Part shown: in pieces, positions 10,963 to 23,116 of the stretch
Numbering within the stretch: the first letter of the stretch is position 1
How the letters are laid out: every line of letters begins with the position of its first letter
Translations under genes and position numbers: made by a program
Notes under the pieces: generated by a model
What the model was told of the DNA's origin: nothing
The model's database searches: none
Seen by the model: only the letters and a program-made list of their open reading frames with translations
Source of the DNA: Neodothiora populina
Taxonomy: Eukaryota
Direction of reading: 5' to 3'
Assembly: GCF_041146345.1 (NCBI RefSeq)
Contig: NW_027191409.1
Span: 558,001 to 622,000, forward strand
Length of the DNA stretch: 64,000 nucleotides

Positions 10963-12468
10963 GACTAGCAGCTTTTCAATTCACCCGAGTAAACAGGTTT
11001 ATTCCCACAATCGTACAAAAGAGGTCACTTGACGCGAACCGATCTTCTTGACCACACCAATTTTCTCAGCCCTCAACGACGTCCTTCCTTGCCAATGGGA
11101 CACCTGACCAAGGGTATCGATAGAAAGAATAGTAGTGCCGGAAAAGAAAAACAAGTGACGCGGATACAGTAAATCAACTAAGGTAATCATTATGATTCCT
11201 CCTGCGCCCTTTGGCCACTGCGTCTACCGTATCGCACCTCTGGCTGCCGCAGTGGGGTTAGGTGGTGTGCATGTGAAGACGCCATAGAGTCAGTGCACCG
11301 GTCAACGCCAAACCCTGACGCTAACAAAGTAAAGTAAACAATAAATATGCTTGCATATGCAAAGTAAGTGTGGTGGTGGTTGGTTTAGTTTAGTTCCTGT
11401 ACATAGACCGCCGCCCGTGTATGGTGGATTTACGGGTATATACATACGGAGTCGTACAAGTACATTGGGGGAGGGATGGGGACATGATATTGTCGTAAAG
11501 TAACTGTAAACGAGTAGTATCCTTTTTTTGTGGCACCCCCCTCTTCTTCGATCACTCCTCCACCCAGCGAGCCCATCCCACTAATTTCTTGTTTCTCCTG
11601 CTCATCTTGTCCACCTTTGTAGATTGCGGCGAACCCTCAAGTCCAGCCTGTGGTCCACGCCCGTGGATTGCGAATTTGCAACATGGCGCGCATTGTTTGA
11701 TGAGCGATCCGCGATCTGCTCTAGAGACACAACATGACTCGTTCGCTGTCTTTATCGCCGAGAGATGGACCACTTTGACTCAAGTCACATTTTCTCTTGT
11801 ATAAACCTCTTGGCGCGCAACCGAGAACCTGCGAGGCCCGAACCGCTCCGACGGGAGAATGAGGGCTTTTTTTCCCTTGTGTGTTTCAATGAGAACACGG
11901 AAGAAGAAGAATGATATCAACGTTTCGCCGAGGTATCCAAGTACCTCGAGAAGGAAGAAACTTTTTTTTCTCTCCAAGTACAGGTAAGGCAGGTACTTGT
12001 CAAAGTACAGTAGCCGAGACTGATCCCTACCCGAACCGCGTGGAAGAGTACATATCCGTACAGTTTCTCACTGCCATGTGTTGACTAGCTTGCGATCCTG
12101 CCCGGACATGAATAAAGATACCCTGGAGATATCTATTTAGCTTTCCACTTGGGGCGACGTCGTCTCGGCTTTGACCGTAGCCTGACGAAGGCTCTAAAAG
12201 ATAGTTGAGGGGCTTTTCGGAGAGATTGACCGTGAGCAGATGCCTAGGTGCATTCAAAGCTTCGCCCGATCTACATACATCGCCTACGCATTAGTGCAAC
12301 ACACCCCCACTCACATCGTCAAACCACTCCAAGCTGAATATGCGCGGTGTATCACTGATTAAGCGATCGGGTAAAGGACTAAGCAGTAACGACGATCGAA
12401 ATATATACTCCCTGAGACACTATTTGTGGGAACACTTGGGTAAGGTTGACGACATACTCTAGATGCCG

Positions 12469-14771
12469 CTATCCCTTCTTTTTGGATTCTTGACTGGAAC
12501 CGGTGAGGATGGAATCGAATGTCCGAGTTGGATCGTACACGCTCACAGGTCGTGCCCGTAATGTTCGAGCACCCATCCCGGGAACTGAAAGAGAGGCATC
12601 GACAGCTGACACAGGTCTTACACCTGTTGCGAGCGATGTTCTGCTTTGGCTCCTTCCCACGCGTGGAGCTCCGAGTAGGTTAGATGATATCCTCCCATGT
12701 TCTTGAGGGAGTTGCAGCGTGGTTGAAGGTTCCTGTTTCCGAGGACGCCATTTCTCAGCCATTCTCCAGCAATGGCTGCGATAGAAAAGCCCTTCAATAC
12801 CAGGCTCAGCAAGGTCGGCAGGCAGGTTAACAGCAGTACCCGTCTTCACGGTCGGAACCCCTAACGTGGTGCCTGCAGCAGGGGCAGCATCGTCTCTGGC
12901 CCACGGGATGCCAGATCTGGGCGGTTCGCACAAGAAGTACTCTACGTCTTTTGTGTGTTCAACGCCAACGCCGTCGACGACAAGAAGCGGCAGTACTTGC
13001 AAAAGGGCATAGATGAAGATCCACTGGCCCATCCGATGATCTATTATATCGTCAAGCTTCTTCGAATGGGCGTGCTTGCGCTCCAGATCTTTGAAAGCTT
13101 CAGTGAACTCCAATAAGTCCGTTTCGCTGTTTGACGCGGCTGCTAACATTTTGGACACCTCTTCAGGATTTATTTTCTCAGATGTGTTGTCACTTCCACT
13201 GCCGGACTTTGGCATAATCGGTAAGTCGAAAGGAATTGCTGGTTTCACAGGAGGAGATGACCGATTATATTCAGCGAAGATTTGTTTCAAAGCCTTGTAC
13301 CGCGGTTCTCCTGAGTCTTTCAGATCCGCAGAGGGGTCAATCGAACGGTCTACAAGAAGATCATAGGCCGAGCAAAGATCCTGGTATAGGTCTTTCAGTA
13401 TCAGACGATTTAGTGTGGTTCCGGGTCTAGTTGACTTTGGTGGCCATTTCTTATAACGCTGCTTGTAGAAATGGATATAAAACTTGCGGGTCGTGGAGAA
13501 GGAGTCTCTCCAAATATTAAAGTCGACATGTTTCCGCTCGTGTTTGCTGGAAACGATGCCTGAGAACATCGACGGAAACTCGAGAGACTCCAAGGTTTCA
13601 TTGACAATCGCCACATGCTTCTCCACATTGAAAGCTGCTCGACTCAGACGATTCATAGTCGCTGGACTGATTAGTAAAAGCGCCAGACTCTCACTTTTGC
13701 TGATTGACCTGAATTTGCCAGCTGCATGAGTAAATGCCTCATTATAGAGCTTGACACTCCTCATGCGCTCTCCCAATACAACCCCTTGGATCGTCTTTTC
13801 GTCAGAGGTTCGCACATCTGCCAGGCCAAACTCGTCTATGTAGGCTTCGAAATTTGCCACTACGACCTCACCGAAAGAAGACCCATCAACATTTGAGAAT
13901 TCATAAGATTTCAGATGTTGCGCGATCCTGGTGAAGATGTCGAAGACGGACGGGCAGCGCTCTGTCGCGATGAGCGACCTCCCCATCAAAAATGCAAACA
14001 GATTGCGGATGGACACCTTGTGCTCCGTTTCATCCGGAAGATCGCCAGAGCCAGTTGAGGGATTGGAGCTAATCGCCGAGGTTTCCATCGGAATGTAGAG
14101 ATGTTTGGGGGCCTCGGGGTCCGACTCTCCTGTGCTGTCGTCGACCTTTGAGAGCTCAATCAATTTACGCGAAGTTTGAAACAATGAAGATTTCACTCTG
14201 AAAGATGCTGGTTTCTCGGAGTCCTGGGGTGATAGGTACACAAAACAGTCCCCTGTGTCGTCCCATATCTCGAGTACCTGACGGAGCTTAGTTTCTTTTC
14301 CGAGAAGATATTGAGTTAGAAACTTCTTACCTTGCGAGATTCAAGTATGTCTACCAAATCGTATGGTACTTTCTCGCGATGGCCAGCAACCCACGCCTGC
14401 GGGCCCTGGCTGTCGTCATCCTTGTGCTCTGGGAGAATCTGCTTCCTCTCAGGAGTCTCGGCCACTATACTCGGAGGTGTGAAATTCCTTTTGCTGTGTT
14501 CACTGTGCAAGCTGCTTGTGGAGGTGTTCAGTGCCCGGAAGATACTGCTGGTTCTACGGGTGAGCATGCCACTTGCAGTAGTAGGCCTTAAAGAGGCTGC
14601 ATCTGATGCAGAGCCGGACGAGGCATGATTGGCTGAGGCAGGGTTGAGAAGGCCCGCACCTTTACCATGATCACTCTTCTCCGGCTTTACACTCTCTGGA
14701 TCAGTAGTAGTACGATTTAATTTGCCCCTACTGCGAAAGTTGAACAGTCGTGAATCGCGAAAGGACATCAT
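12469..14771 (-). CDS. Conserved fungal protein of unknown function (~750 aa)
   Basis: Exon 1 14771-14331, intron 14330-14278 (GTAAGA...CAG), exon 2 14277-12469. The spliced reading ...ESRK|VLEIWDDTGDCFVYL is continuous. Long globular middle region with low-complexity ends. Confidence 0.8.
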
Positions 14772-15178
14772 ATTGTTCAAGGCGGTAGAGGTTGGCTGTA
14801 CCGGAGCGCCAAGGCTGCGGTGCGGTTGGTGGACGGGCCGGAACGCGAGATGACGACCTCTAACCCTGAGCAACGACTACCTTACTCTTAGTAGAATTGA
14901 CAACCCAGCTCTAGAATCCTGCTGCACTTGGTATCTTGAGCCCAAAGTAGCGACTAATGCTGCATGCTGTTTGACCAGGACTCAGAAAAGACCGGACGGC
15001 CATTGATTGAAAAAAAGAGGGCTTTGCAAATCTCTCGGGATATATGAGTGACACGTTAAGGGCGACGTAATCACTGTATGTGCACGCAACTATAATTGCT
15101 GAAGGCATTGACCAATCCTCATCTACGCACCGGCACACTGTGGCAGTCATAATAATATATATCGTAGCTGGCAAAGAA

Positions 15179-16747
15179 ATGAGCTCTTCAATCAATCTTG
15201 TCAAGGGATGGCCGAGTACAAAGTTGCTACCGGCTCGCCAGATCAGTGAAGCTGCGCAGTTGCAACTCGCAAACCCCGAAGTCGCACATGCGGGTCTTCT
15301 ATACGGACCCGACGATGGCTTCAAGCCTCTACGGGAATCGCTCAGCAGGTTCCTGACCACGTTTTATAACCACGACGAGGACGGAGATGCGATTGAGCCC
15401 GAGGAGATCTGCATCACAGGGGGTGCGTCGCAGAACCTTGGGTGTATGCTGCAAGTCTTCACAGATCCCCTGTTCACGAGAAGCGTGCAGATTATCGCGC
15501 CCGCTTATATGCTGTCATTCCGCATGTTTGCGGACAATGGATTTTCTGGTAAGATGAAAGCCGTGCCCGAGAACGAAGACGGCGTGGACACAGGCTCTCT
15601 TAGGCGCTCGCTACAGGAGAGCGAGGACCAGGCAAAGACCGATTACCTCAATGCTGCGGTACGTTTGTGATTATTATCGTCGGAAACTATCATCATGATC
15701 CTCGTTCTACCCCTTTTCTTCCAAAAGCCGTAATCACCACTTGAATGATGGACCCTTGCTTTTCTCTTCTATTTCTTACTATTACCCTTTTGCATATTCA
15801 AACTGCATTAACGGGGGAAGAACTAATCAATTGACGGTGGGGATCTTGTGCAGACGACCAAGCCACAGCGGCCATACTCCAAGTACTATCGTCATGTCAT
15901 CTACTGTGTGCCAACCTTCAGCAATCCCTCGAGTCGTTCCATGTCCCTGGAACGACGTACCGAACTCGTAAGAATAGCCCGAGAGTTCGACGCGCTCATA
16001 ATCGCCGACGACGTCTACGACTACCTCCAATGGCCCTCCCATCCGACCGAAGCCTCCATCCCCATGACGCGAGCCAGCTTCCCGCGCCTCGTAGACATCG
16101 ACAGGGCCCTCGACGGCGGCGCCTCCCGCCCCGGCGCAGACGGCTTCGGAAACGCCATGAGCAACGGCAGCTTCAGCAAGATCTCCGGGCCGGGCGTGCG
16201 CGTCGGCTGGGTGCAGGGCACGGCCAAGTTCGCGTGGGGGGTGAGCCAATGCGGCACGTCGTGCAGTGGCGGCGCCCCCTCGCAGCTGACGTCGACGTTC
16301 ATGGATTGTCTCTTGCGCCAGGGTAAGCTGCAGACTCATGTCTTCGACGTCTTGTGCCCTGCATACGCGCAGAGATACAAGACGCTTGTCGAAGCGGTCG
16401 AGACGGAGCTTTTCCCTCTGGGCGCTAGCATGCCACAGGCGGACCGGCAAGTCGTCGGCGGGTTCTTCATCTGGGTGACGTTGCCCAAGGCGATCATGGC
16501 TGAGGAGTTGGCTCATAGATGCCAGGATGAAGTCGACGTCTTCGTTGCGCCGGGAAGCATTTTTGAAGTGCCTGGCGATGAGAGCGTCAAGTTCGACCAT
16601 AACATCCGTTTGTGCTTCTCGTGGCTCGAGCCAGAGGACATGGTCGAGGGTGTCAAGCGGATAAGAATGATCGTGGAAAGTATGCTGAGGGGTGAAAAGG
16701 CGAAGAGCAAAGGAAAGTCGCAGAAGGGGCTGGGTCAAATCAAGTAG
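15179..16747 (+). CDS. PLP-dependent class I/II aminotransferase (yeast YER152C/Aro8-like)
   Basis: Exons 15179-15658 and 15854-16747. INLVKGWP, ITGGASQ, PTFSNP, DDVYD and GSFSKISGPGVRVGW (PLP lysine), RLCFS. Confidence 0.88.
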
Positions 16748-16830
16748 TAAAAAGAAAAGTGTATATATCTTTAGGTAGATAGTTATCTAGTCAGCTGTAC
16801 AAATGCCCGCTCTCTCAAACTCTTAGTTCT

Positions 16831-19800
16831 CTACTGAAGCATTCCCTCGAGCGACTCTCCCAGAATACCTTCGATCTGTCTGATCCACGCGAGCGTCTCC
16901 CTCTCGACAACCTCATCATCGTCTTCCTGCAACTCACTGATGAACGGCAACATCTCAGGCAACAGCGCAAGCCAGTCCTCGCCGAGTCTGTCCGTGAGGT
17001 TCTGCTCGCACTTGACGGCCGCCAGTCGCACGAGCGCGTCCTCGTGCCTCATGAGTTTCAGAAGCGCAGAGTTCAGGGCCTTGTGGTGCTCTGGAGACGC
17101 CGCTGCGCTCGCGAGGCCTGTGATTGCTGGTATGATGTTCAGGGACTCGCGGATCTCCGGGTCTTTGTCGTGCGATAGCTGTGTCAATAGAGGATGGGCA
17201 ACAGCTTCGAAGTGGGCTGGTGCTTGCCAGAAGTCTGAGGGGGGAAATATTAGTATATGTGCTCTTACTGTGTTGTGTGGTGGCTTTTCTTCTTAGCCGT
17301 GCGCAAACTTACCATCTTGGTCATGTCTGAAACTGCAGGACAAGGTAGTCAGTAGGTTCGATAGGACAGCACGCTCGACATCGCCGTTAGGATTGATATT
17401 GTTGAGCATTTCTGCGGCTTGCTCGAGAAGGTAGCTCGAGTAGCTGGTCACGACAGACTTGAGCGCTTCAAAGAACCTTCCGAGGAAGCTGTACAGACTC
17501 GTGAGCCTGAGCAGACGACCCGGCTGGTCTTTCTTTGGTAGTCCCTCGGCAGCCCAGGTCACGAGACGCATGAAGAAGGGACGGAAAGTTGCGTCGTTCA
17601 GCTTCATGATTGCATCGAGAGTAAGGTTGTTTCTCTGCTCTTCCAAGCCAATGACCTCTGCATCGCTGAGTGCGCCACCCTGGAGCAGAGCTGACTGTCG
17701 GCGAAGATCAAAAGACTTTGTAAGGATCGAGAATAGAGTTGGTGCCTGCTTGATCAGAGTGGCCTTTGTCTGGTGGGTAATGATTTTGTGAAGCATATGG
17801 AGCGTTTCTTGGGCAGCCTGTACATAATTAGTCGTAATAGCCCTCAAGTTTCGCATGGATTTGCTTACTCTGTATCCACAACTCAACCCACTTTCCAGGG
17901 TACCGTCGATAGCCAAAAGAAGATCTTTTGCGTTGAGCTGCTTGGAAGCGAGGGCATAAAATTGCTCGCGGCTTTCTACGCACTTGGGACCAATCACAGC
18001 ATTGCCAGCGGACTTCTGGGTCAAACGCAGAGCTTGGCCGAAGGTCTTCTCGTAGATGATCCATGGCAGGGTCTCGAGAACAGATGCAAAGAAGGCATAC
18101 ACAGCATCATGTAGGCGCTCATTCTCGGATCCGGACGTGCCTGAAGCATCAAGATATTGAAGCGAAGTGTTCAACAAACCAGGCAGCAGTGACACGAGAT
18201 CATCTTTCAGAACGTCGACCAGCGTAGCAAGACACATGAAAGAGATGACACGCAACTCATCGTTACTGCTAGTGAGTGCGGCATCAGATGCAATGATCTC
18301 AGCGGCTGAGAGTACGGTCGACGGGCCTTTCTTGCCAAACTTCTCGGCGATGATGTCCACGCAGGTGATTGCACTGTGCTTCAACCTTGCTTCTCCATCC
18401 TGGCTTATGATGGCGGTGATACTCGGCAGAATGTCGATCAGAGCTACAGTAGCAGCGCTGTCTGCAGGCTTGGCCTCCTTACTACGAGCTTCAAGCGACT
18501 GGATGACCAGGAGCTGCAGATCCGTGTCAGGCTTCTGGAGTAGAGACTTGGCGGAGAGGATGTAAGAAGAGGTGGGCAGCAGGCTCAGCGCAGCAGAGAG
18601 CACTTGATCACTAGCAGCATGGAAACGAGGCTGATTCTTAAGTGTTTGCGACATAATCATGACTCTTTCGAGCAGGGCAGCATATCCAGACTGAATTGCA
18701 ACAGCCTCTTCGCCACCATGCTCCAGTCCACGCGTGATCTGGCTGTGAAGTGATTGCGTCTCGAGGAGACCGGCAAGAGACTGCAGCAGGTGAACAATGG
18801 ACTGTTCCACTTGCTCGGGTGTCTTCTCATTGAAAACGAACACGAGTTCTGAGATTGAGCGCTTAGGCTGCAATGCATCTTGCACGAGATCAAGGTACTT
18901 CAATCCCGCCACCAACTGATCGGATGCAGAGCATGAGCCCAATAGATCGGCTGCGAAGGTCGGTACTTTTCTATCGGAAGGATACTTCTCGAAGAGCATG
19001 GCCACGATAGCCGCCAGTGAGTCTCGTGGACCGAGAGCAATAACGAGGTGACTGAATAGTCGCAAGCGACGGTGAAGCGGAATATGTTCGAAAGCTGCAG
19101 TAAAGCTCAACAGCAATTCTGCAGATCCAGTGAGGAGGTCCTTGTTCTTCTTACGGAGAGACGACGCGAGCGGGGGAACGACACGGGAGATGGTCTGGTC
19201 AATTATATGAGCAGAATAATCGTCTCCTTGGCGCAGAATAGTGTTGGTCATGAATGTGAAGATGGGCATGACGCTGTGAAGCACCAGGTCCGGGGCCCAG
19301 CTTGCCAAGCTGGCGATGAGCAGCAGTGCAGAGTTGTGAACTTGGGCACTGGTACTGGATCTGACACATTCGACGATGAGATCAGCGCGCAATACCGAGC
19401 GATCGACGGTGGTAGAGGGGTTGTGCTCCAAGGCCTCCACGATTGACAGGAGACAACCAAGCACCAGCTGTTGCAGATAGACAAGGCTGGAGCCGATCTG
19501 AGTTCTGTAGTGCTGAAGCTCTCCAAGTACATGGAACAAACCCTTGAGAAGGTCAGGATGTCTCTCAGGCTTAGAGCCTTCAACGAGCTCAAGAACAACA
19601 GTCATCTTGCGAATAGCCGCATGAAGTGCTACCGGATCGAGCACTTGGGCTTTAGCAAGTTCAGATCTGCTAGTGCGACGGCGCTTGGCGGCTGGCGGCT
19701 GATCTTCCATCTGCGCCATGCTAGGAACCGAGTCGAGGAGAGAAGTCAGGACGTCAGTAGGCAAAGTCAGCTGGCGAAGTGTCTCCAGAGCCTCTGATTG

Positions 19801-22430
19801 TCTGGCTTCGGCGACGTCGTCAGTCTCAGAGCCTAATGCCAGATCAAGGAGGAAGATTGCAATAGGGATCTGCGTTGCGGGCTTCAGAGAAGGCCAGAGC
19901 TGTTTGAAGCGTCGAATGGCGCAGAGGGACAATTGTTTGTCATTGCTCAGCTCTCCGGAGGAGATGTTCTTGAGACATGTCATCTCCTCGGTCGAGCGGC
20001 TGGTCAAGCAAGCAACATATGCCCCATCGACCTCTTGAACACTGGTTTGGAAGCTTGCACACGCTGTAGAGCGGGTGGTAAGGTCCAGTGTCGCCCACGC
20101 GCGGACTGAGGGGATCAACAGCTGAGCCCTTGCACCAGATCCTGCCTTGCCGCCTTGGACCAGGAAGGACAACAGTTGAACGCGGACATCGAGCGATGAG
20201 GTACCGACAGCATGACCGCAGATCAACGAGTAGAGAGACGCCCGGAGGGAGGATTTGAGCTCGATACCCGAGGCAGAAGCGCTCTGAGCCTCAGAGCTAC
20301 CGTTCAAGGAAGTCTTCAGAACGCGAGCTACGTGAGCTTGATCGAGGACACATTCTTCCAGACTGGGCAAGATTGCGGCGGAAAGAATCTTGTAAGCATC
20401 CTGACTACTGAGCCATGTGATGTCTTTCGATCTTTCGCCGTAGAGTTGCTCACGACCCCAGACCTTGAGGTCACCAGCGACTTTGCCCTTGTCTCCGCTG
20501 GGCTGGTAAAGAGTAGACAGAAGGATCAACAAGTCAGCTGCAGACCTTCGGACGTTCTCGACGTTATCAGAGAGCGCGATCAAGAGGTACGGTAACAGAG
20601 CTTGGGCATCCAGCGCTTTGCTGATATCAGCCCTGAGGAGCTCTGCGGTCGCTTTCAGTGCCGCGTTTCGTACGACAGCGGGGGTCTTGGAAGACCACAA
20701 TCGCAGGAGCAATGACAATCCTGTCACATCAAGCGGCGAAGAGGCCCTGAACGGTGAGTTTTCGAAAAGAGCAGAAAGCTTCGCCTTCGTCCTGACTAGC
20801 GCCAGAGAAGCCTGTGCGCAGCTATCAAATAGTTTGGGGTCTGCTGCGGCTAAGAAAGAGTAGTTTCCATCAAGACTTGCTGGAAGAGCAGCCAAACGCT
20901 GGTCGAGGAGATCTTTGTCAGATTGCAAGGCCACTTCGGGCTTGTCCAGATCCATCGGGGCTTCGATAGCCGGAAGGTTAGCATCGGGGAAAGAGATCTG
21001 GAGCTGTAGTTCCAGAGATTCCACATCAAGGCCGGTGGCAGGTGCTTCTTGTCGTATAAGTGCCAGGTTCGTAGGCGATTCGCAGATGCTTGTGAAAAGA
21101 CTTGCGACTGTGTTTCGCGGGTGCAGCTCGAGCAGCTTCGGTGTGGCAGATAGGAGCGCGGAGGCGAGGACGGACCTCTGTTGAGAAGTGAGCAAGGCGG
21201 GGTCGAGCGAGCGCTGAACAAGGTCGAGTTGATCATCAGACGTGGGCTGATACAGTACAGCCAGGGCCAGGCCAAGGGACAGCTTGGAAACACACTGACG
21301 TCCCGCCAGCGTGGATACGTGTTGCGACAAGGCAGGGAATTTGAGGAGGGATCTGGCCACGGAGGTGGGCAGGGCGTGGGATTGGCGCTCCTCTGCGATG
21401 ACAGCCAAGCAAGTCAGAGAGTCGTCGAGAGTCTGCGCGGCGGTGCTCTTGACTACGTCATGCATGAGGGCATCCAGAACCTTGTCCTGTAGCTGAGCCT
21501 TTGTGACGAGAATTGTCAGGATGGTGCATGAACCGAGGAAGAGCTCGGGGACGTTCTTGATGCGCAGAGCGTTGTGAAGGATAGGGAGCACTCGTAGGAG
21601 GAGGTCCTCTTCCCGTTGTCGGCGCACGTCGGGGCGGCCAGACTGGGCAGCATCAAGCTGACCATTGATTGCCTGTGCCGTAATACTCGCCCAGAAACCC
21701 AATGCAGGGGCGGAGTGATAACCCTGAGCAGCGATGCGGAGGATATGCGAGTTCAAAGAAGAGAAGAACGAGGGATTGGTCGTGGCGGCATAGAGCAGAG
21801 CGTGCCTCGGTGGACAAGACAAAGAGGTCATGTATGGGTGAAGAAACTTGAACGCTGGAGAGAGGTTCTTGGGAAGGATCGAGAGAAGAGTGGCGAAGAC
21901 CGGGTTTGCGTGGTAGGGGAGGAAGTTCAGGATGAGCGATTCAGTGTTGTATTCGTGGGCGCTACGAAGGGTTGTGTCAGTGAATGTTTTAGGAAGGAGC
22001 AGTAGCTGTTGAGGAAGGAGCAGGAACGAGAGAGGAAAGAAGTCAAAACTCACCGGAAGCGTCTGACCAGCCATTCCACCGCTTTAATCGCCGGCCTCAG
22101 CAAGATGCGAGCACCCACAAGGGCAAGAAATGCATCGATGACTTTGTCCAGCTCTTGATTCTCCTGCGCCGTCATTTGGCCTCGGTCTTCGCCTTTGCTC
22201 TGCTCGCTGAAGAGATTTTGAGCAAACGGAGTGAATCTGGGATCCAGCAGACACAACTCCCGGAAACCCTCTGAGCATATTTGATATAACGTGTCAAAGG
22301 TCTGGTTTGCGGCATCTCTCGCTTCGAACAGGAGTGATTTGCTGTGCTGCACTCTCTGTGCCTTCAAGTCGAGCTGTTTCGTGCTTGTCCGCGCAATCTG
22401 CGCCAACTGCTGCTGCAGAGCCGTCGCCAT
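16831..22430 (-). CDS. UTP10: U3 snoRNA-associated protein 10 (HEATR1/BAP28)
   Basis: Exons 22430-22054, 21961-17869, 17817-17313 and 17234-16831. MATALQQQLAQI start, EWLVRRFR, KLNDATFRP (BP28CT region) and LLPEMLPFISELQEDDDE tail. Confidence 0.93.
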
Positions 22431-23116
22431 GGCTGTGTGCGACTCGGCAGGTCTTGCTACAAGCTTCAGGCGTCGATATATACGGCTTCCTCGGAGCCGA
22501 CAAGCGTGTGAATTCAACGCTGGAGTGGCGTGGTGGTGAAAAGATTTAAGATGGTGTATATTGTTACATGTATATTTTTACTCGATTCTACGTCAAAAGC
22601 CAAAGAACTTTTTGAATGCAGCAACTTTCTGATTTCCAAAAGAAGCTTAGCTCCCGCTTCCCCAGATTATGTCCCTTGGCGTTTAGTCCTGCCCATTCGA
22701 GGGTCTGTCGTTCTGCACGCACGTGGCGCAGCTTGGTCTGAGATGGACATGTACACTTGAGTGCTGTGCTGTATGAATTCAGGTACGAATGCGACAGTGA
22801 GGATTCTGTCTGAATCATATTCGAGATGCAGTGTATGATGGGATATGTTGTTGATTAGACGAGTGGAAAACTGGATGCATCGGTGTGCTTGAGCCCTTAT
22901 TTGTCGTCGACGTTGATGACTTGACATCTCTCAAGGACGCTCTTTGTGTATAACCATTCAGCCCACAACCCCGCAAGACCACAATACACAACGTGTGGTT
23001 ATTGCGACACCCTATAAATTGGCGATATCTCTTCTTCATGTCGAGCAGTTTATACCATCTTGCTACCTGTTCCTACATCTTGATGCTCTGTTAAAAGTGT
23101 GCGTGAGCTGTCGAGC

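Noticed and set aside
15827..16738. 303-aa antisense ORF
   Set aside because: Shadow of the GC-rich aminotransferase exon on the opposite strand; no recognisable protein features.
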